From assembly GCA_038247415.1 (NCBI GenBank), contig JBBRUX010000009.1:1-64000 (forward strand): 64,000 nt of DNA, read 5' to 3'. Position numbers and translations under genes: made by a program. Position 1 is the first letter of the stretch. Every line of letters begins with the position of its first letter. This document shows, piece by piece, positions 1 to 10,028 of this stretch. The notes beneath the pieces are model-generated. The model ran no database searches, was not told the origin of the DNA, and worked only from the letters and a program-made list of their open reading frames with translations. The DNA comes from Chitinivibrionales bacterium (GTDB taxonomy: Bacteria > Fibrobacterota > Chitinivibrionia > Chitinivibrionales > WJKA01).

Positions 1-105
1 CTGGTCGGCAAAATATTTCGATGAGTCTTTGAGAGCAGTAGCAGTTTGAGCTTGCGTTACACTCTGTAAGCACGTCACAAAAATAATAAGGCATAATTTT
101 TTCAT
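1..105 (-). CDS. N-terminal fragment of an exported protein, runs off the window edge
   Basis: Manual translation from ATG at 105 gives MKKLCLIIFVTCLQSVTQAQTATALKDSSKYFADQ, a signal-peptide-like start with no stop before base 1. Co-oriented with the upstream genes. Confidence 0.7.
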   Translation of the reverse strand, partial: MKKLCLIIFVTCLQSVTQAQTATALKDSSKYFADQ

Positions 106-137
106 GATCAAATATTTCTATCACGAGTAATAGGTAC

Positions 138-959
138 TTAAAAATGGGTTACATATACTAATTTGAATTCACGCGACCAACGCAGAGCATTGCCATTGCT
201 CGACAGTTTGTTTTGGAGGATATCCTTTGCAGCAATTTCTACAAAGAGGGATGGTGTAAACGCCCATCGGATCCCTAGATTTAAAAATCCACGCAGCGGG
301 TTTGCATACGATTTAGAGTCCGAACCTTTGTCGCGTTCGTTAAGGGCTCCATCATATTCCACCATAAGTGCGAGCTCTTCGTTAATGCCAAGGTCGATTC
401 CAGCATAAGCATTTGGCCAATGGATGCGTTTGTATTCTTCGAGTGAAAAATTCATTCCTGCATGAAATCCAATTTGTATACTAGAAAAAACAAGGTAGTT
501 TTTGCTTGCTGCTATAAAAAAACCGGGAGATTTATAAATATATCCTTTGTATAAACCGTCGGATTGTATACCTCCGAATCCTTGATGATCGTAACCAAGG
601 CTTATTGCGGGCATTACAAATGTTTCTTCTATGATGCGGTATTTAATGAGACCACCTGGCCATGGATTTGATTGCGGCGTTCCTCTTCCTACAAGTCCAT
701 CGCCTCCGTAAGAAATACCGATGGATAAGCGGTCGGTAAGTCCTACTGAAATGGCAAGCCCTAGTCCGCTCCCACCTAATCCGGTGTCCCCGCTTGGGTA
801 GATGCGTGTCTGAAAGTCGAAATATGCTTTAGGAAGAACCCCTGCAGTATGCGCATCTATAAGCATGCGCGGTTGGAGCATAGATTCCGCTGCATATCCC
901 GAAAAGGTCATATATAGGAGAAGTGCTGTTACAGAAGAAGTACATGCGAGCCGTTTCAC
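138..959 (-). CDS. YjbH-like outer-membrane beta-barrel protein
   Basis: Signal peptide, 'HTAGVLPK' N-terminal motif, amphipathic beta-strands and C-terminal Phe. Confidence 0.55.
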   Translation of the reverse strand: MKRLACTSSVTALLLYMTFSGYAAESMLQPRMLIDAHTAGVLPKAYFDFQTRIYPSGDTGLGGSGLGLAISVGLTDRLSIGISYGGDGLVGRGTPQSNPWPGGLIKYRIIEETFVMPAISLGYDHQGFGGIQSDGLYKGYIYKSPGFFIAASKNYLVFSSIQIGFHAGMNFSLEEYKRIHWPNAYAGIDLGINEELALMVEYDGALNERDKGSDSKSYANPLRGFLNLGIRWAFTPSLFVEIAAKDILQNKLSSNGNALRWSREFKLVYVTHF

Positions 960-971
960 AGAGGTCCTTTT

Positions 972-2045
972 TTATGGGTTTTGTTTTTGAGCATTGGAAC
1001 GTCGAATTGCGAGCGTTTTTTGTAAATGCTCGGTATATGTTTTAGAAAAATCGTGCGCGCCACTCCCGTTCCACTTAGCTACAAAATATAAGTCTTTTGT
1101 GGGCAATGGGGCTAGAGCAGCAAGGATGCTTCCTTTTCCGGGACAACAGATCGGCCCGGGGGGTAGACCTTTAAATTTTCTGGTATTATACGGTGAATTC
1201 GAATTGAGCTGACTTACATACAGTGGGCCATCAAATCTTTTAAAGATATAACGTACCGTAGGATCGGCGCCCAGAGGGTATCCAATTTTGAGACGATTAA
1301 AAAATACGCCGGAAATATGTTGACGTTCACTGGGCAACGTGGCTTCCTTTTCGACAATAGAAGCCATGGTGAGAATTTGATGGCACGAAAAGTTTTTAGC
1401 ATTAGGAAACGTGTCTGGTAGCGACGAATACATTTTTTTAAATTGGCCAACCATTCGTCCAAGTATCTGATATTCTGTTGTCAACGGATTAAAGCGATAG
1501 GTGTTTGGGAATAAATAGCCTTCTAAGGTTGGTGCCGAAATGCCGAGGTCTACTGCAGTCTCTGGTGCCCGGCACAGCGTAAGGAACCGAGTTGTATCGA
1601 TTTTAAGCGTAAGCGCAAAAATGCGAGCAATCTGCTCTACTGTGAGGCCTTCGGGTATGGTAACGCACACGTCCTGAGCGGTGGCATGAAGCAATTTTTC
1701 CGCTACACTTAACGTTCCCTCGTGTTTGACAAAAATATAGCGCCCAGCCTGAATCCTTTTTTCGGTGCCCAGCAGTTTTATCCACAGACGCAAACCTAAG
1801 GCGGAGGGAATAACTTTTTTATGCTCAAGCAAGGTCGCCATTTCGGAAAGCGAGGTGTGTGATTCGAAGGTTATATCGACATTCGCGCCTTGGTTAGAAA
1901 GCGGCACAAAAAGATATATCCCTGCACCAACAAGAGATAGAATGATAAAGAGGACACTTGTTATAAAAATGGTTTTGAGCATAATCGATAGAGCCAGAGT
2001 ATTCCATAAAATAGGTAACCAGCCAGAGCAAGCATATAGAGCCAA
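972..2045 (-). CDS. mltG: Endolytic transglycosylase MltG (YceG family); real start probably 1982
   Basis: TIPEG, LEGYLFPNTY, ASIVEKE, ADPTV, SPYNT and GLPPGPI motifs; N-terminal TM anchor. Confidence 0.95.
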   Translation of the reverse strand: MALYACSGWLPILWNTLALSIMLKTIFITSVLFIILSLVGAGIYLFVPLSNQGANVDITFESHTSLSEMATLLEHKKVIPSALGLRLWIKLLGTEKRIQAGRYIFVKHEGTLSVAEKLLHATAQDVCVTIPEGLTVEQIARIFALTLKIDTTRFLTLCRAPETAVDLGISAPTLEGYLFPNTYRFNPLTTEYQILGRMVGQFKKMYSSLPDTFPNAKNFSCHQILTMASIVEKEATLPSERQHISGVFFNRLKIGYPLGADPTVRYIFKRFDGPLYVSQLNSNSPYNTRKFKGLPPGPICCPGKGSILAALAPLPTKDLYFVAKWNGSGAHDFSKTYTEHLQKTLAIRRSNAQKQNP

Positions 2046-2114
2046 CCTGTAAACCAGGTTCTATACAGCATTCCCAGAAAGGTCATAGTTGCTTTCTTTA
2101 AAAAGCGCATCTCT

Positions 2115-3404
2115 TTAATATACACGACTGAATCGCAATCCGTCGCGAATATGCCAACGGTAATAATCTTTGCGCAATTCATTCATGGTTGAGTTTTCGA
2201 GTTTTTTAAAACATTTCTCCTGGGCTAGGTCTAGCGCGTTTTCGGCCGATCTCATTTGGTCACGGGTAAGGATTGGATTTATTTTGGTATCGAATTTTTT
2301 TCTGACCGCATCTAAAAAGAGTGGATAAAATCCGAAATCGGCTCTGGTGTAGAGTGTATCGGTACCTGCGATTATTGGGTCGTAGCCCGTTCTGAGCAGA
2401 AAATATTGCTGCTTTACAAGCGCTCCATACCGGCGCGTGCTGTAATTATGCAGCTTATAGGAATCGATGGTGGTTTTAAGCCACGCGTTTGTTTTTTTCC
2501 TTAAAAGGGTGTCGGGATAAAAACAGAGAGATTCATCGATATCCTGAAAGAGAAAAAAAGGATTTTGAGGATATTCTTCCTGAAGCTCAGAAAAGAGCAG
2601 CTTCTTTTCGAGCAGTTGTTTACTATCATACGGACTGAGAAATTGAATAAGATATTGACGTGATGCAGTTTGGGTGTAGCGACCTTTTTTTGCACATTGC
2701 TGCAACGCGTCAAGGCCTTTGTCGAAGGAAATAGTACGATGGCCCAAAAAACCAATGGCATTTTTTACGATTCCAGGTGCTTTGGCCGCTGCACAATTAA
2801 AAAGCCCAAAACCTAAATACGCATCGTACATACGCGGATTAAGTTTTAGCGCAGTGTCAAGAAAAACGAGGCCGTTGAGTCCTTCGGCAAGTGCGGTAAG
2901 TGGATTGCTTTTGATTTTGAGCGTGGCCATAAAACCCTGAATTCCACCCCGAATAAAAAAGTAGGTGGATTGCATATTAGCGTCGACGGGAGTTTGTTTC
3001 GTGCGGTAAATTCCCTGGCTAGCAATCTGTTGTGCTTCGCGCAGTAATTGAGATTTTGTGCGGGGATCAGGATACTCATCATTTTGGATCATAAGAACTC
3101 TTCCTGCAACCAGGAATAAGTGTGAGAGTGGGGGGAGGTCTTCGCGTTCCTCTAATTCTTGCATTATCATGCATACCGAGTCTACCGATTCCCATTCAAA
3201 CATATAGATATGTCTAATTGCTTCGAGAGCGTATGCGTCTTGTTGAGGCGTAATACCGGGGTAGAGCGGAAAGGGAGAAGCCTTTTTGCCAGCCATTACA
3301 CACGTTGGTAGTGCTACAAGAAGAACGCATAGCCAGCTAAAAGTGCGAAAACAAGCAAATACAGATGCTTTTCTTGATGTTTTATCTGGTGACGTGGCGT
3401 TCAC
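2115..3404 (-). CDS. Exported alpha-helical/TPR-like hypothetical protein
   Basis: 429-aa ORF with a signal-like segment and the TPR-like 'ALKLNPRMYDAYLGFG'. Confidence 0.65.
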   Translation of the reverse strand: MNATSPDKTSRKASVFACFRTFSWLCVLLVALPTCVMAGKKASPFPLYPGITPQQDAYALEAIRHIYMFEWESVDSVCMIMQELEEREDLPPLSHLFLVAGRVLMIQNDEYPDPRTKSQLLREAQQIASQGIYRTKQTPVDANMQSTYFFIRGGIQGFMATLKIKSNPLTALAEGLNGLVFLDTALKLNPRMYDAYLGFGLFNCAAAKAPGIVKNAIGFLGHRTISFDKGLDALQQCAKKGRYTQTASRQYLIQFLSPYDSKQLLEKKLLFSELQEEYPQNPFFLFQDIDESLCFYPDTLLRKKTNAWLKTTIDSYKLHNYSTRRYGALVKQQYFLLRTGYDPIIAGTDTLYTRADFGFYPLFLDAVRKKFDTKINPILTRDQMRSAENALDLAQEKCFKKLENSTMNELRKDYYRWHIRDGLRFSRVY

Positions 3405-3499
3405 AATACTTTTTCCTTAGAACTGGAAATAGCAATTCCCAATGGTAATCACTGTTAATAATATAACTATTTTGGGAATAATACCGTTCCTTTATCGCT

Positions 3500-5263
3500 T
3501 TAAAACGATGATTCTATTGAGAATGGTGATTGGAGTTGGATATGGATCCTTCCCATACTGGTAAGATCGCTGTAGTGAGTAGCCCATGCCAAGGTAAGTC
3601 GACCCAATTTTGTTGGTACCGAAATCCCTGCGCCAAGTCCAAAAAGGACGGTCCTGTCGATGGGCACCGACGAAATGTTTTTTGTAAATCCAATCGCTGG
3701 ATCGGTAAATAAAAAGACCGAGCCCGTTTGAGAAATAAAATAGTGAAATTCGGATCGCGCATAGAGGACACTACGGAAGGGAAACTCATTATCTGAATAG
3801 CCCCGCACCGATGCAAATCCGCCAATCCTATATAATGCTATTGCAGGTATATCCGCCTCTGCCGATACTAGTGCATTTGAGACAATATCCCATCGCCATG
3901 AAAACGCAGATGTAAATGGTATTGTTAGGCTGCTTGCAACATCGATATGCCATCGCGTTGTTACATTCTTTTCTTCCGAAACGAGTCCGCTGCCCGTTGA
4001 AAACCGGACCCCGTACGATTGTTCACCCGCATGGAGTACTGTTTGATCTCGTTGTAACAAGAACGAAATCCCATAGAAGTTGTTTTTTCGTTGGGCAAGT
4101 TCTGTTTGCAGGGTTGTCTCGGTTAGAGAAAGTTTAACCCCTGTTTTAAACAGAGATTTGAGTTCGGCAAGAAGTGTGAGAGATCCTTCCAGATTGCCGT
4201 ATGCTTTATCCCGAACTTCTAGCGAGAACGCCCCCTGTGCAGACAGCGGCCTGTTGAAAATCCAGGGCACAATAAGTACGCTCGAGAGCGCGAGGTCCGA
4301 GGCGGTTGACGTGTATCCCAGAGTTGCTTGTTCGCCCCTTCCAAATAAATTGAGAAGCGAGAGCGCAAGCTTTCCATCGAGTCTTGTTTTTTCTCCGCGT
4401 TTGCCAAAAATTCCCAGGGCCCCAGTTATTCCTGCCCCTGTGCGTTCTGTAATAGTAAAAGGAACAAGTACCGTATCTTTGCTTGGAGGTGCCGATGCCA
4501 TAACCCTTGGAATTTCCGACACCACCGATTCTATGTAGGGTCTGGATATAAGTTTTTGTCGTGTGTCAATAGTATCTCTGGCATTAAAGGGGTTGCCAGG
4601 CACAAGGGCAACATCGTGTTTGAGAATGCGCTCATTTGTTTTTGTAAATCCCAAAAGGGGCGTTTGGCCATAGATACATGCTCTGCCAGCATCGATCCTA
4701 ATAACTATGTGCAACGATTCTGCTGCTGCCGGCATGAGTGTGCCTGCATCGCTTGTTTGTTTAGACACGGTAATAATAGCGTGCGCAAAAGGATATCCTG
4801 TCTGCGTGAGCACTGCAACACAGGAATCTGCAATTCTATTAATAAAGCCAGAGTTCCCCGGACGTGGAAGGGCAAAGGTAAAAAGAGAATCAAACCTAAG
4901 GGGACTACCCATAAAGCGAATGCTTTTGATAATCGATTGCGCATGTGTAGTAATTCGGAGTGTGTCAATGTGAGTTGCCGAATCTCTTTGAGAAAATCCA
5001 CATGAATCCAGTAGTGTGAAGAGGGCATTGAGCTGTTTGTGCGGCGCAACCTTTTTGAGTGTATTGAGTGGGAGTTTGCTGTGTACAGGAAAAACAATGA
5101 TGCAAGGTTTTTTATTGATACTCATGAGGGTAGAAGTTTGAGCCTTTGTGAATGGTGGATTCCCAAAAGCAAAAACGCTTTGAGCAAAAAGGATGCAAAT
5201 GGCTTTACATATAAAGGTAGTGTGATACGGCATGCTCAAACTCCTTACCAATGATTGACGCAA
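3500..5263 (-). CDS. Omp85/TamA-BamA family outer-membrane protein (POTRA-like domains plus barrel)
   Basis: 'NLFGRGE' barrel start, 'IGGFASVRGY' lid-lock motif, 'G.GAGI..PT.LG' strands, POTRA-like 'TKTNERILK...G.PFN'. Confidence 0.85.
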   Translation of the reverse strand: MRQSLVRSLSMPYHTTFICKAICILFAQSVFAFGNPPFTKAQTSTLMSINKKPCIIVFPVHSKLPLNTLKKVAPHKQLNALFTLLDSCGFSQRDSATHIDTLRITTHAQSIIKSIRFMGSPLRFDSLFTFALPRPGNSGFINRIADSCVAVLTQTGYPFAHAIITVSKQTSDAGTLMPAAAESLHIVIRIDAGRACIYGQTPLLGFTKTNERILKHDVALVPGNPFNARDTIDTRQKLISRPYIESVVSEIPRVMASAPPSKDTVLVPFTITERTGAGITGALGIFGKRGEKTRLDGKLALSLLNLFGRGEQATLGYTSTASDLALSSVLIVPWIFNRPLSAQGAFSLEVRDKAYGNLEGSLTLLAELKSLFKTGVKLSLTETTLQTELAQRKNNFYGISFLLQRDQTVLHAGEQSYGVRFSTGSGLVSEEKNVTTRWHIDVASSLTIPFTSAFSWRWDIVSNALVSAEADIPAIALYRIGGFASVRGYSDNEFPFRSVLYARSEFHYFISQTGSVFLFTDPAIGFTKNISSVPIDRTVLFGLGAGISVPTKLGRLTLAWATHYSDLTSMGRIHIQLQSPFSIESSF

Positions 5264-5275
5264 CTCTCGAAAAAG

Positions 5276-5309
5276 AAAAGGGAAAAGGCACGTTGCCTTT
5301 TCCCTTTTT
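5276..5309. terminator. Intrinsic terminator downstream of dksA, probably bidirectional
   Basis: AAAAGGGAAAAGGCA-CGT-TGCCTTTTCCCTTTT inverted repeat with A/T tails. Confidence 0.8.
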
Positions 5310-5350
5310 CTAAAGAAGAACCTTCTTTTGAAGCGTGTCCCTTAATTAGG

Positions 5351-5758
5351 TTATAAACCGCGATCCCTTTGTTTTTGTTTTTCCAGAAGTTCTTTGCCCT
5401 TAACGGAATATTTAGCTACGGGAACTTCATCGAGGCGCTCAAATGCAATGAGATCTCCAGTTACTTTACAGATTCCATAAGTGCCATCGTCGATACGGCC
5501 CATTGCTTCGCTAATCTGTTCGAGATATTTTTGTTGACGTTCGGAAAGGCCCATAGAAAATTCGCGATCGTATGAGAGCGATGCAACGTCACCAAGGTGA
5601 TAGCTATAGCGAGAGTTTTCGCCAGATTGGTCGCTAATCGATTGCTTCATATTGCTATGGGAAAGATCTTCCATTTCTTCGAGTACGCGATTTTTTTCTG
5701 CCAATAGTTTTTTTCTGAAGTATTCGAGATCTTTCTTGGTCATAGCTTTTTTCTTCAT
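5351..5758 (-). CDS. dksA: DksA/TraR family RNA polymerase-binding factor, one-Cys variant
   Basis: Coiled coil with HLGDVA tip; 'RIDDGTYGICKVTGDLIAFERLDEVP' signature. Confidence 0.85.
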   Translation of the reverse strand: MKKKAMTKKDLEYFRKKLLAEKNRVLEEMEDLSHSNMKQSISDQSGENSRYSYHLGDVASLSYDREFSMGLSERQQKYLEQISEAMGRIDDGTYGICKVTGDLIAFERLDEVPVAKYSVKGKELLEKQKQRDRGL

Positions 5759-5836
5759 AGTCTACCCCCATAAAACTTAAAAGAAACAGTAAAAAATCAA
5801 TTTGAAACAATAGAGCTTGTGCAGCAACCTGAATTT

Positions 5837-5868
5837 AAAAAAAGCCCGAGGCGTAAACCACGGGCTTT
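5837..5868 (-). terminator. Intrinsic terminator after the tRNA pair
   Basis: Minus strand AAAGCCCGTGGTTTACGCCTCGGGCTTTTTTT: a hairpin plus U-tract directly after the tRNA-Asp CCA. Confidence 0.8.
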
Positions 5869-5870
5869 AG

Positions 5871-5947
5871 TGGCGGACCGGACGAGGCTCGAACTCGTGA
5901 CCTCTGCCTTGACAGGGCAGCGTTCTAACCAACTGAACTACCGGTCC
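5871..5947 (-). tRNA. tRNA-Asp(GTC), CCA encoded
   Basis: GGACCGGTAGTTCAGTTGGTTAGAACGCTGCCCT-GTC-AAGGCAGAGGTCACGAGTTCGAGCCTCGTCCGGTCCGCCA folds as a cloverleaf. Confidence 0.97.
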
Positions 5948-5966
5948 ATTGAATATGTATCTAATT

Positions 5967-6041
5967 TGGGCGTTGTAGGGATCGAACCTACGACATCCTG
6001 CTTGTAAGGCAGGTACTCTATACCAACTGAGCTAAACGCCC
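5967..6041 (-). tRNA. tRNA-Val(TAC), CCA not encoded
   Basis: GGGCGTTTAGCTCAGTTGGTATAGAGTACCTGCCT-TAC-AAGCAGGATGTCGTAGGTTCGATCCCTACAACGCCCA folds as a cloverleaf. Confidence 0.97.
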
Positions 6042-6045
6042 GGTA

Positions 6046-6273
6046 TTATTTACGGTTATCCTTGTTTTCTTTTCCTTTTGCAAGAAATGCAAAGGGCAAA
6101 AAAACAAGATATGTTAACACTAATATAATCGGAGCAACGCTTTGAGACAGTGGATTGTCTGCGGGACCCTGACCTAAAAGTATATAACCAACTATTAGTA
6201 AACCAATGCCTGCTAACAGGAGTTTATAGTTTAGTGCAGAAAACATAGAGTTCCTTTCAAATTCTGCCAACAA
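6046..6273 (-). CDS. DUF3098-like small two-TM membrane protein; likely start 6246
   Basis: 'MFSALNYKLLLAGIGLLIVGYILL...S.SVAPIILVL.Y' matches the DUF3098 pattern. Confidence 0.7.
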   Translation of the reverse strand: MLAEFERNSMFSALNYKLLLAGIGLLIVGYILLGQGPADNPLSQSVAPIILVLTYLVFLPFAFLAKGKENKDNRK

Positions 6274-6291
6274 AACTCACAAAGCTTATAA

Positions 6292-6320
6292 AAATTAGTA
6301 CATTGAAAATAAATTGTCAA
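6292..6320 (-). promoter_or_regulatory. Sigma70-type promoter for the DUF3098-tRNAVal-tRNAAsp unit
   Basis: TTGACA-N17-TAATTT on the minus strand. Confidence 0.6.
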
Positions 6321-6327
6321 GCCTATT

Positions 6328-6972
6328 TTATAACTTTAAATTGGAATTGTTCTGTTGTGCCTGCTGGTTTGTGTTTTGAGCCGTAAGCTCTTTGAGCCGC
6401 AGGCGCGTAAGTGCCGTTGCTTCGTTAAAAAGGGCTGCTAGGTTTTTCATCTCATCTCCTTTTCGGAGATGAACTTCATCGGTATAGTCTCCCTCGATTA
6501 TAGAATTGCATGCTTTTTGGAGTCGGTATACAGGCCCGGCAACTCTATGGGAGAAGAAAATGGTAAGGAGAACAATTTGTACGATAACAAGGAATATGCC
6601 TATGCCAAAGATCCATAAAAGCGAGGTGAAAATATCTGAACGATAATGTGGGTTAGTAGGAAGAGAACGGAGAAATTTTTGAATGTCGGAAATGAGCACC
6701 TGATATACTTCGGTAGAGGGCGCAGTTTGGTCTTGAAGCCGCAGCGCGATTGTATTTTCGACATCCTTTTTAACAAGCGTGGTAGTAAGCGATATAACAT
6801 TTTGGGCAGTGAGGTACAGGGTAAAGATCCAAAAAACAAGCATAATGAGCATGGGAATAAGAAAGGTAAGCATGTATCGCCCTTGAAATTTACGGTCGAT
6901 AAACACATGCTTGCGAATAAAGGCTGGTTTGGACTGTTCCATTTCGTTTCCTCCAGGGCACAATTTAAACAT
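6328..6972 (-). CDS. Two-TM HAMP-domain membrane protein; likely start about 6942
   Basis: 'FIDRKFQ.RY' N-terminus, two TMs, HAMP 'SHRVAGPVYRL...GD....LRKGDEM..LA..FN'. Confidence 0.8.
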   Translation of the reverse strand: MFKLCPGGNEMEQSKPAFIRKHVFIDRKFQGRYMLTFLIPMLIMLVFWIFTLYLTAQNVISLTTTLVKKDVENTIALRLQDQTAPSTEVYQVLISDIQKFLRSLPTNPHYRSDIFTSLLWIFGIGIFLVIVQIVLLTIFFSHRVAGPVYRLQKACNSIIEGDYTDEVHLRKGDEMKNLAALFNEATALTRLRLKELTAQNTNQQAQQNNSNLKL

Positions 6973-7073
6973 GCCTCTTTAACGTTTTTCCTGCGTGTCA
7001 ATCGGCTCATGGCGATGTTGACATGAGGGTTTAATTAATAATAATATACACTGCGCTCGAACACCGCTAATAT

Positions 7074-7781
7074 CTAAATAAGGCCAATCATATCACGAAT
7101 AGCTGTTTCGAGTCCGCTCAGGGATGCGCGGGCAACAATACTATGGCCAATATTCAGTTCCCGGATATATTCAAGCGACGCCACGGCAGATACATTGCGA
7201 TAATTCAGCCCATGGCCAGCATTAACCATTATCCCAAGCTTATGGGCTGCCATGCACGCTTCCCGCAAACGGATAAGTTCATCGTGTTGCGCTTTTCCCA
7301 AGGCATTCGCATAATACCCTGTATGAAGCTCGATGTAGGGTACTCCGAGCTTTGCAGCAGCCTTAATTTGATTGATATCAGGATCGATAAAGAGGCTTAT
7401 GAGGATTGCGCCACCCTGGAGTGCTTCAACTGTTTTTGCCAGCTCTTTTTCATTACCTGCTACTAAAAGCCCTCCCTCGGTGGTACGTTCTTCGCGCTTT
7501 TCCGGAACAAGCGTTACCATCCAAGGAACTACATCCCGTGCAATCGTCGTCATTTCTTGAGTTGCAGCCATTTCAAGGTTTAAATGGGTTTTGGTAACTT
7601 GTTTTAGAATGTATATGTCCCTGTCTTGCATATGACGGCGATCTTCACGTAAATGGGCTGTGATACCATGCGCTCCAGCCAGCTCAGCAATAATTGCTGC
7701 GTGCACGGGGTCGGGATCTGATCCGCCTCGCGCTTGACGGATTGTTGCAAAATGATCGATATTTACACCGAGTGTTGCCAT
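7074..7781 (-). CDS. pdxJ: Pyridoxine 5'-phosphate synthase
   Basis: [38 protein letters not shown] and NIGH.I motifs. Confidence 0.98.
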   Translation of the reverse strand: MATLGVNIDHFATIRQARGGSDPDPVHAAIIAELAGAHGITAHLREDRRHMQDRDIYILKQVTKTHLNLEMAATQEMTTIARDVVPWMVTLVPEKREERTTEGGLLVAGNEKELAKTVEALQGGAILISLFIDPDINQIKAAAKLGVPYIELHTGYYANALGKAQHDELIRLREACMAAHKLGIMVNAGHGLNYRNVSAVASLEYIRELNIGHSIVARASLSGLETAIRDMIGLI

Positions 7782-8941
7782 TATTTTCTCCTTGATTCGA
7801 TTGTGGGTGCCCGTGCACTTTTGACATCTTCTGGATGGTTGACTATTTCGGAGACGTATACAAGTTCGATACCCTTATGCTTTAGCGGATCGAGCGATTT
7901 TTTTAAAGCTTGTAGCGAAGCATTGGTAGGGGGAATCGAGACGATCAGGCTGCCTTTTTCTAAACTTTGGGATGCTGCATGCGCCAGGGATGAAGCAATC
8001 GACTCTTCTGTTGCGGTGCTATCGATTTCGATGAGAGCAATGCCATGAGGTACCTGGAGTTGCGCTGCTAATGCCTCTGCAACAGAATGCCGAGCTGTTT
8101 TAGAAGAAATGAAGAATCCATGATGCTTCTCTATTTCGCTGAGAATTATTTTCATTACACGGCTATCTCCCATTGCTCGGGATCCATAGATGTTCATGAA
8201 TCCCGAAAAATTAGGGATGATTCGAATATAGTCGGTTATACGAGATCTGATTTCTTTTTCGTCAAAATGAACCATAATTATTGATGGCTTTAAGGCACTT
8301 GGAACTGCACGTTCAGATTCGAGTGGAATAAGAATTATGCTTTCTTTCTTGTATTGTTCGGCAATGGTTGCAACCCATCCTGCTTTTTCGGAGAGTGCTG
8401 ATAGTGCTACGGTAAGCGGTTTGTCAAGATTAAAAAAATCGTTTGCAATGGTATTATCCGCAGAAACAAAATTCTGAATAATTATGGCAATTTTTGCTGT
8501 TTTGCTATAATACTTCATAGATCGATGTATAACGAGCGAAATTATTTGGGTACTATCATGTTTGTGCAGAAAGATGATTTTGCACCCATCTTGTTTTTCT
8601 AATAATAAACAATCAGAAATAGTATACCCACATTCTTTGGTAGCCAGAGTGAGCTGCCAAACGATCATCTCGATGGGTTTGCCTTTTGGAACGGTTGCCA
8701 CAAAAGAAACAGATGAATCTGTTTTGCTGATTCTTCTGACGATATCATCTGGTTTGGTTTCCATTGAAACGAGCGTGTTCTTTATTGCAAGTTCCAATTT
8801 TGCCGAAGATTGTTTTAAACCAGAAACAGAAGCAGTACTAGATGACCCCGGTTGTGAGCAGTTTACCAGTGCAAGGAGGATGCAGCACACGCAAAAAAAG
8901 GAGCCGAGGTGCTTGCTCGACGGAAATGTGATATAACTCAT
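7781..8941 (-). CDS. Divergent polysaccharide deacetylase (DUF610/YibQ-like) with an N-terminal extension
   Basis: 'AKIAIII', 'IPLE', '[11 protein letters not shown]...M..IL' and '[10 protein letters not shown]' follow the DUF610 pattern, but metal-binding residues are substituted. Confidence 0.7.
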   Translation of the reverse strand: MSYITFPSSKHLGSFFCVCCILLALVNCSQPGSSSTASVSGLKQSSAKLELAIKNTLVSMETKPDDIVRRISKTDSSVSFVATVPKGKPIEMIVWQLTLATKECGYTISDCLLLEKQDGCKIIFLHKHDSTQIISLVIHRSMKYYSKTAKIAIIIQNFVSADNTIANDFFNLDKPLTVALSALSEKAGWVATIAEQYKKESIILIPLESERAVPSALKPSIIMVHFDEKEIRSRITDYIRIIPNFSGFMNIYGSRAMGDSRVMKIILSEIEKHHGFFISSKTARHSVAEALAAQLQVPHGIALIEIDSTATEESIASSLAHAASQSLEKGSLIVSIPPTNASLQALKKSLDPLKHKGIELVYVSEIVNHPEDVKSARAPTIESRRK

Positions 8942-9033
8942 GGGAAATCAGGCTTTCGAAATCGGATCAGCAACATGTTTGCGCTACGAATTTAAAAAAA
9001 TACCCCAAGTTTGGTATCGAGTCAAATGAGAAA

Positions 9034-9963
9034 GTGATTATGAAGGACAAAATTATTGTGCCAGTAATTGCTGGTCCAACCGCAAGCGGTAAAAGTGATA
9101 TAGCTTTTGCACTCGCAAAAAATGTTGGAGCAGACATTATTTCTGCCGATTCACGACAGATATATAGGTTTCTTACTATTGGAACCGCTAAACCATCTCC
9201 CAGCGAACTAGCCACAGTCAAACATTGGTGTGTTGATTGTATCGATCCCAATGAATCATTCTCAGCACATGAATTTGCTCTGCGTGCGCTGGATATTATC
9301 AGGCAACGCGCGCTATGCGGTAGTAAAACAGTTATATGCGGAGGAACTGGATTTTATCTGAATGCGCTTATTAAAGGTCTTGCTGACCATGTCCCGGTAG
9401 ATCTGACGGTTCGCGCTCGGCTGCGCGAAATGATGCAGACACAAAGTCCAGAAAGTATATTTGATTCATTAAAACTCGTTGATCCAGAATCTGCCAACAA
9501 GATCCATCCTCACAATACTCAAAGAGTTGTTCGTGCCTTGGAAGTTTACTTTACGGCAGGAAAAAAGTTCTCCGATTATCGAGCAGATCCGTCTGCGCCC
9601 TCGGATATCGAGTTTCGAGTTTTCACCACCAATCTCGATAGGGTAGCGCTTTATAAGCGTATCGATGCGCGTATCGATGCCATGGTGTGTATGGGCCTTT
9701 TTTCGGAATTTGATGCTCTTGTTGAAAAAGGATATGCTTGCACGGCACCAGGGATGAATACCATCGGCTATGCCGAGCTTTACGAGGCGTTGCAAACTGG
9801 GGTGGCGTATAGTTCAATGATTGATCTCATAAAACAGAATTCTCGAAATTATGCGAAGCGACAAATTACATGGTTTTCGCATCAGATTAAGGGAACAGCT
9901 CTTAATCCAAACGAGCCCTTAAATCTTCTTGTCGAACAGATTTCCAGTATTTGGAATATATAA
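9034..9963 (+). CDS. miaA: tRNA dimethylallyltransferase
   Basis: GPTASGKS, SADSRQIY, IGTAKP, GGTGFY, RALEV and YAKRQITWF motifs. Confidence 0.98.
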   Translation: MIMKDKIIVPVIAGPTASGKSDIAFALAKNVGADIISADSRQIYRFLTIGTAKPSPSELATVKHWCVDCIDPNESFSAHEFALRALDIIRQRALCGSKTVICGGTGFYLNALIKGLADHVPVDLTVRARLREMMQTQSPESIFDSLKLVDPESANKIHPHNTQRVVRALEVYFTAGKKFSDYRADPSAPSDIEFRVFTTNLDRVALYKRIDARIDAMVCMGLFSEFDALVEKGYACTAPGMNTIGYAELYEALQTGVAYSSMIDLIKQNSRNYAKRQITWFSHQIKGTALNPNEPLNLLVEQISSIWNI

Positions 9964-10028
9964 GTTTAGAATATCCATTGCATCGATAGTTTAAAGTATG
10001 GTACAATTTTTTCAAAGGAGACACATTT

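Noticed and set aside
5819..6007. 62-aa plus-strand ORF
   Set aside because: Antisense shadow of tRNA-Asp and tRNA-Val.
5871..6041. tRNA-targeted island or prophage attachment site
   Set aside because: No duplicated tRNA 3' end or integrase noticed near any of the three tRNAs.
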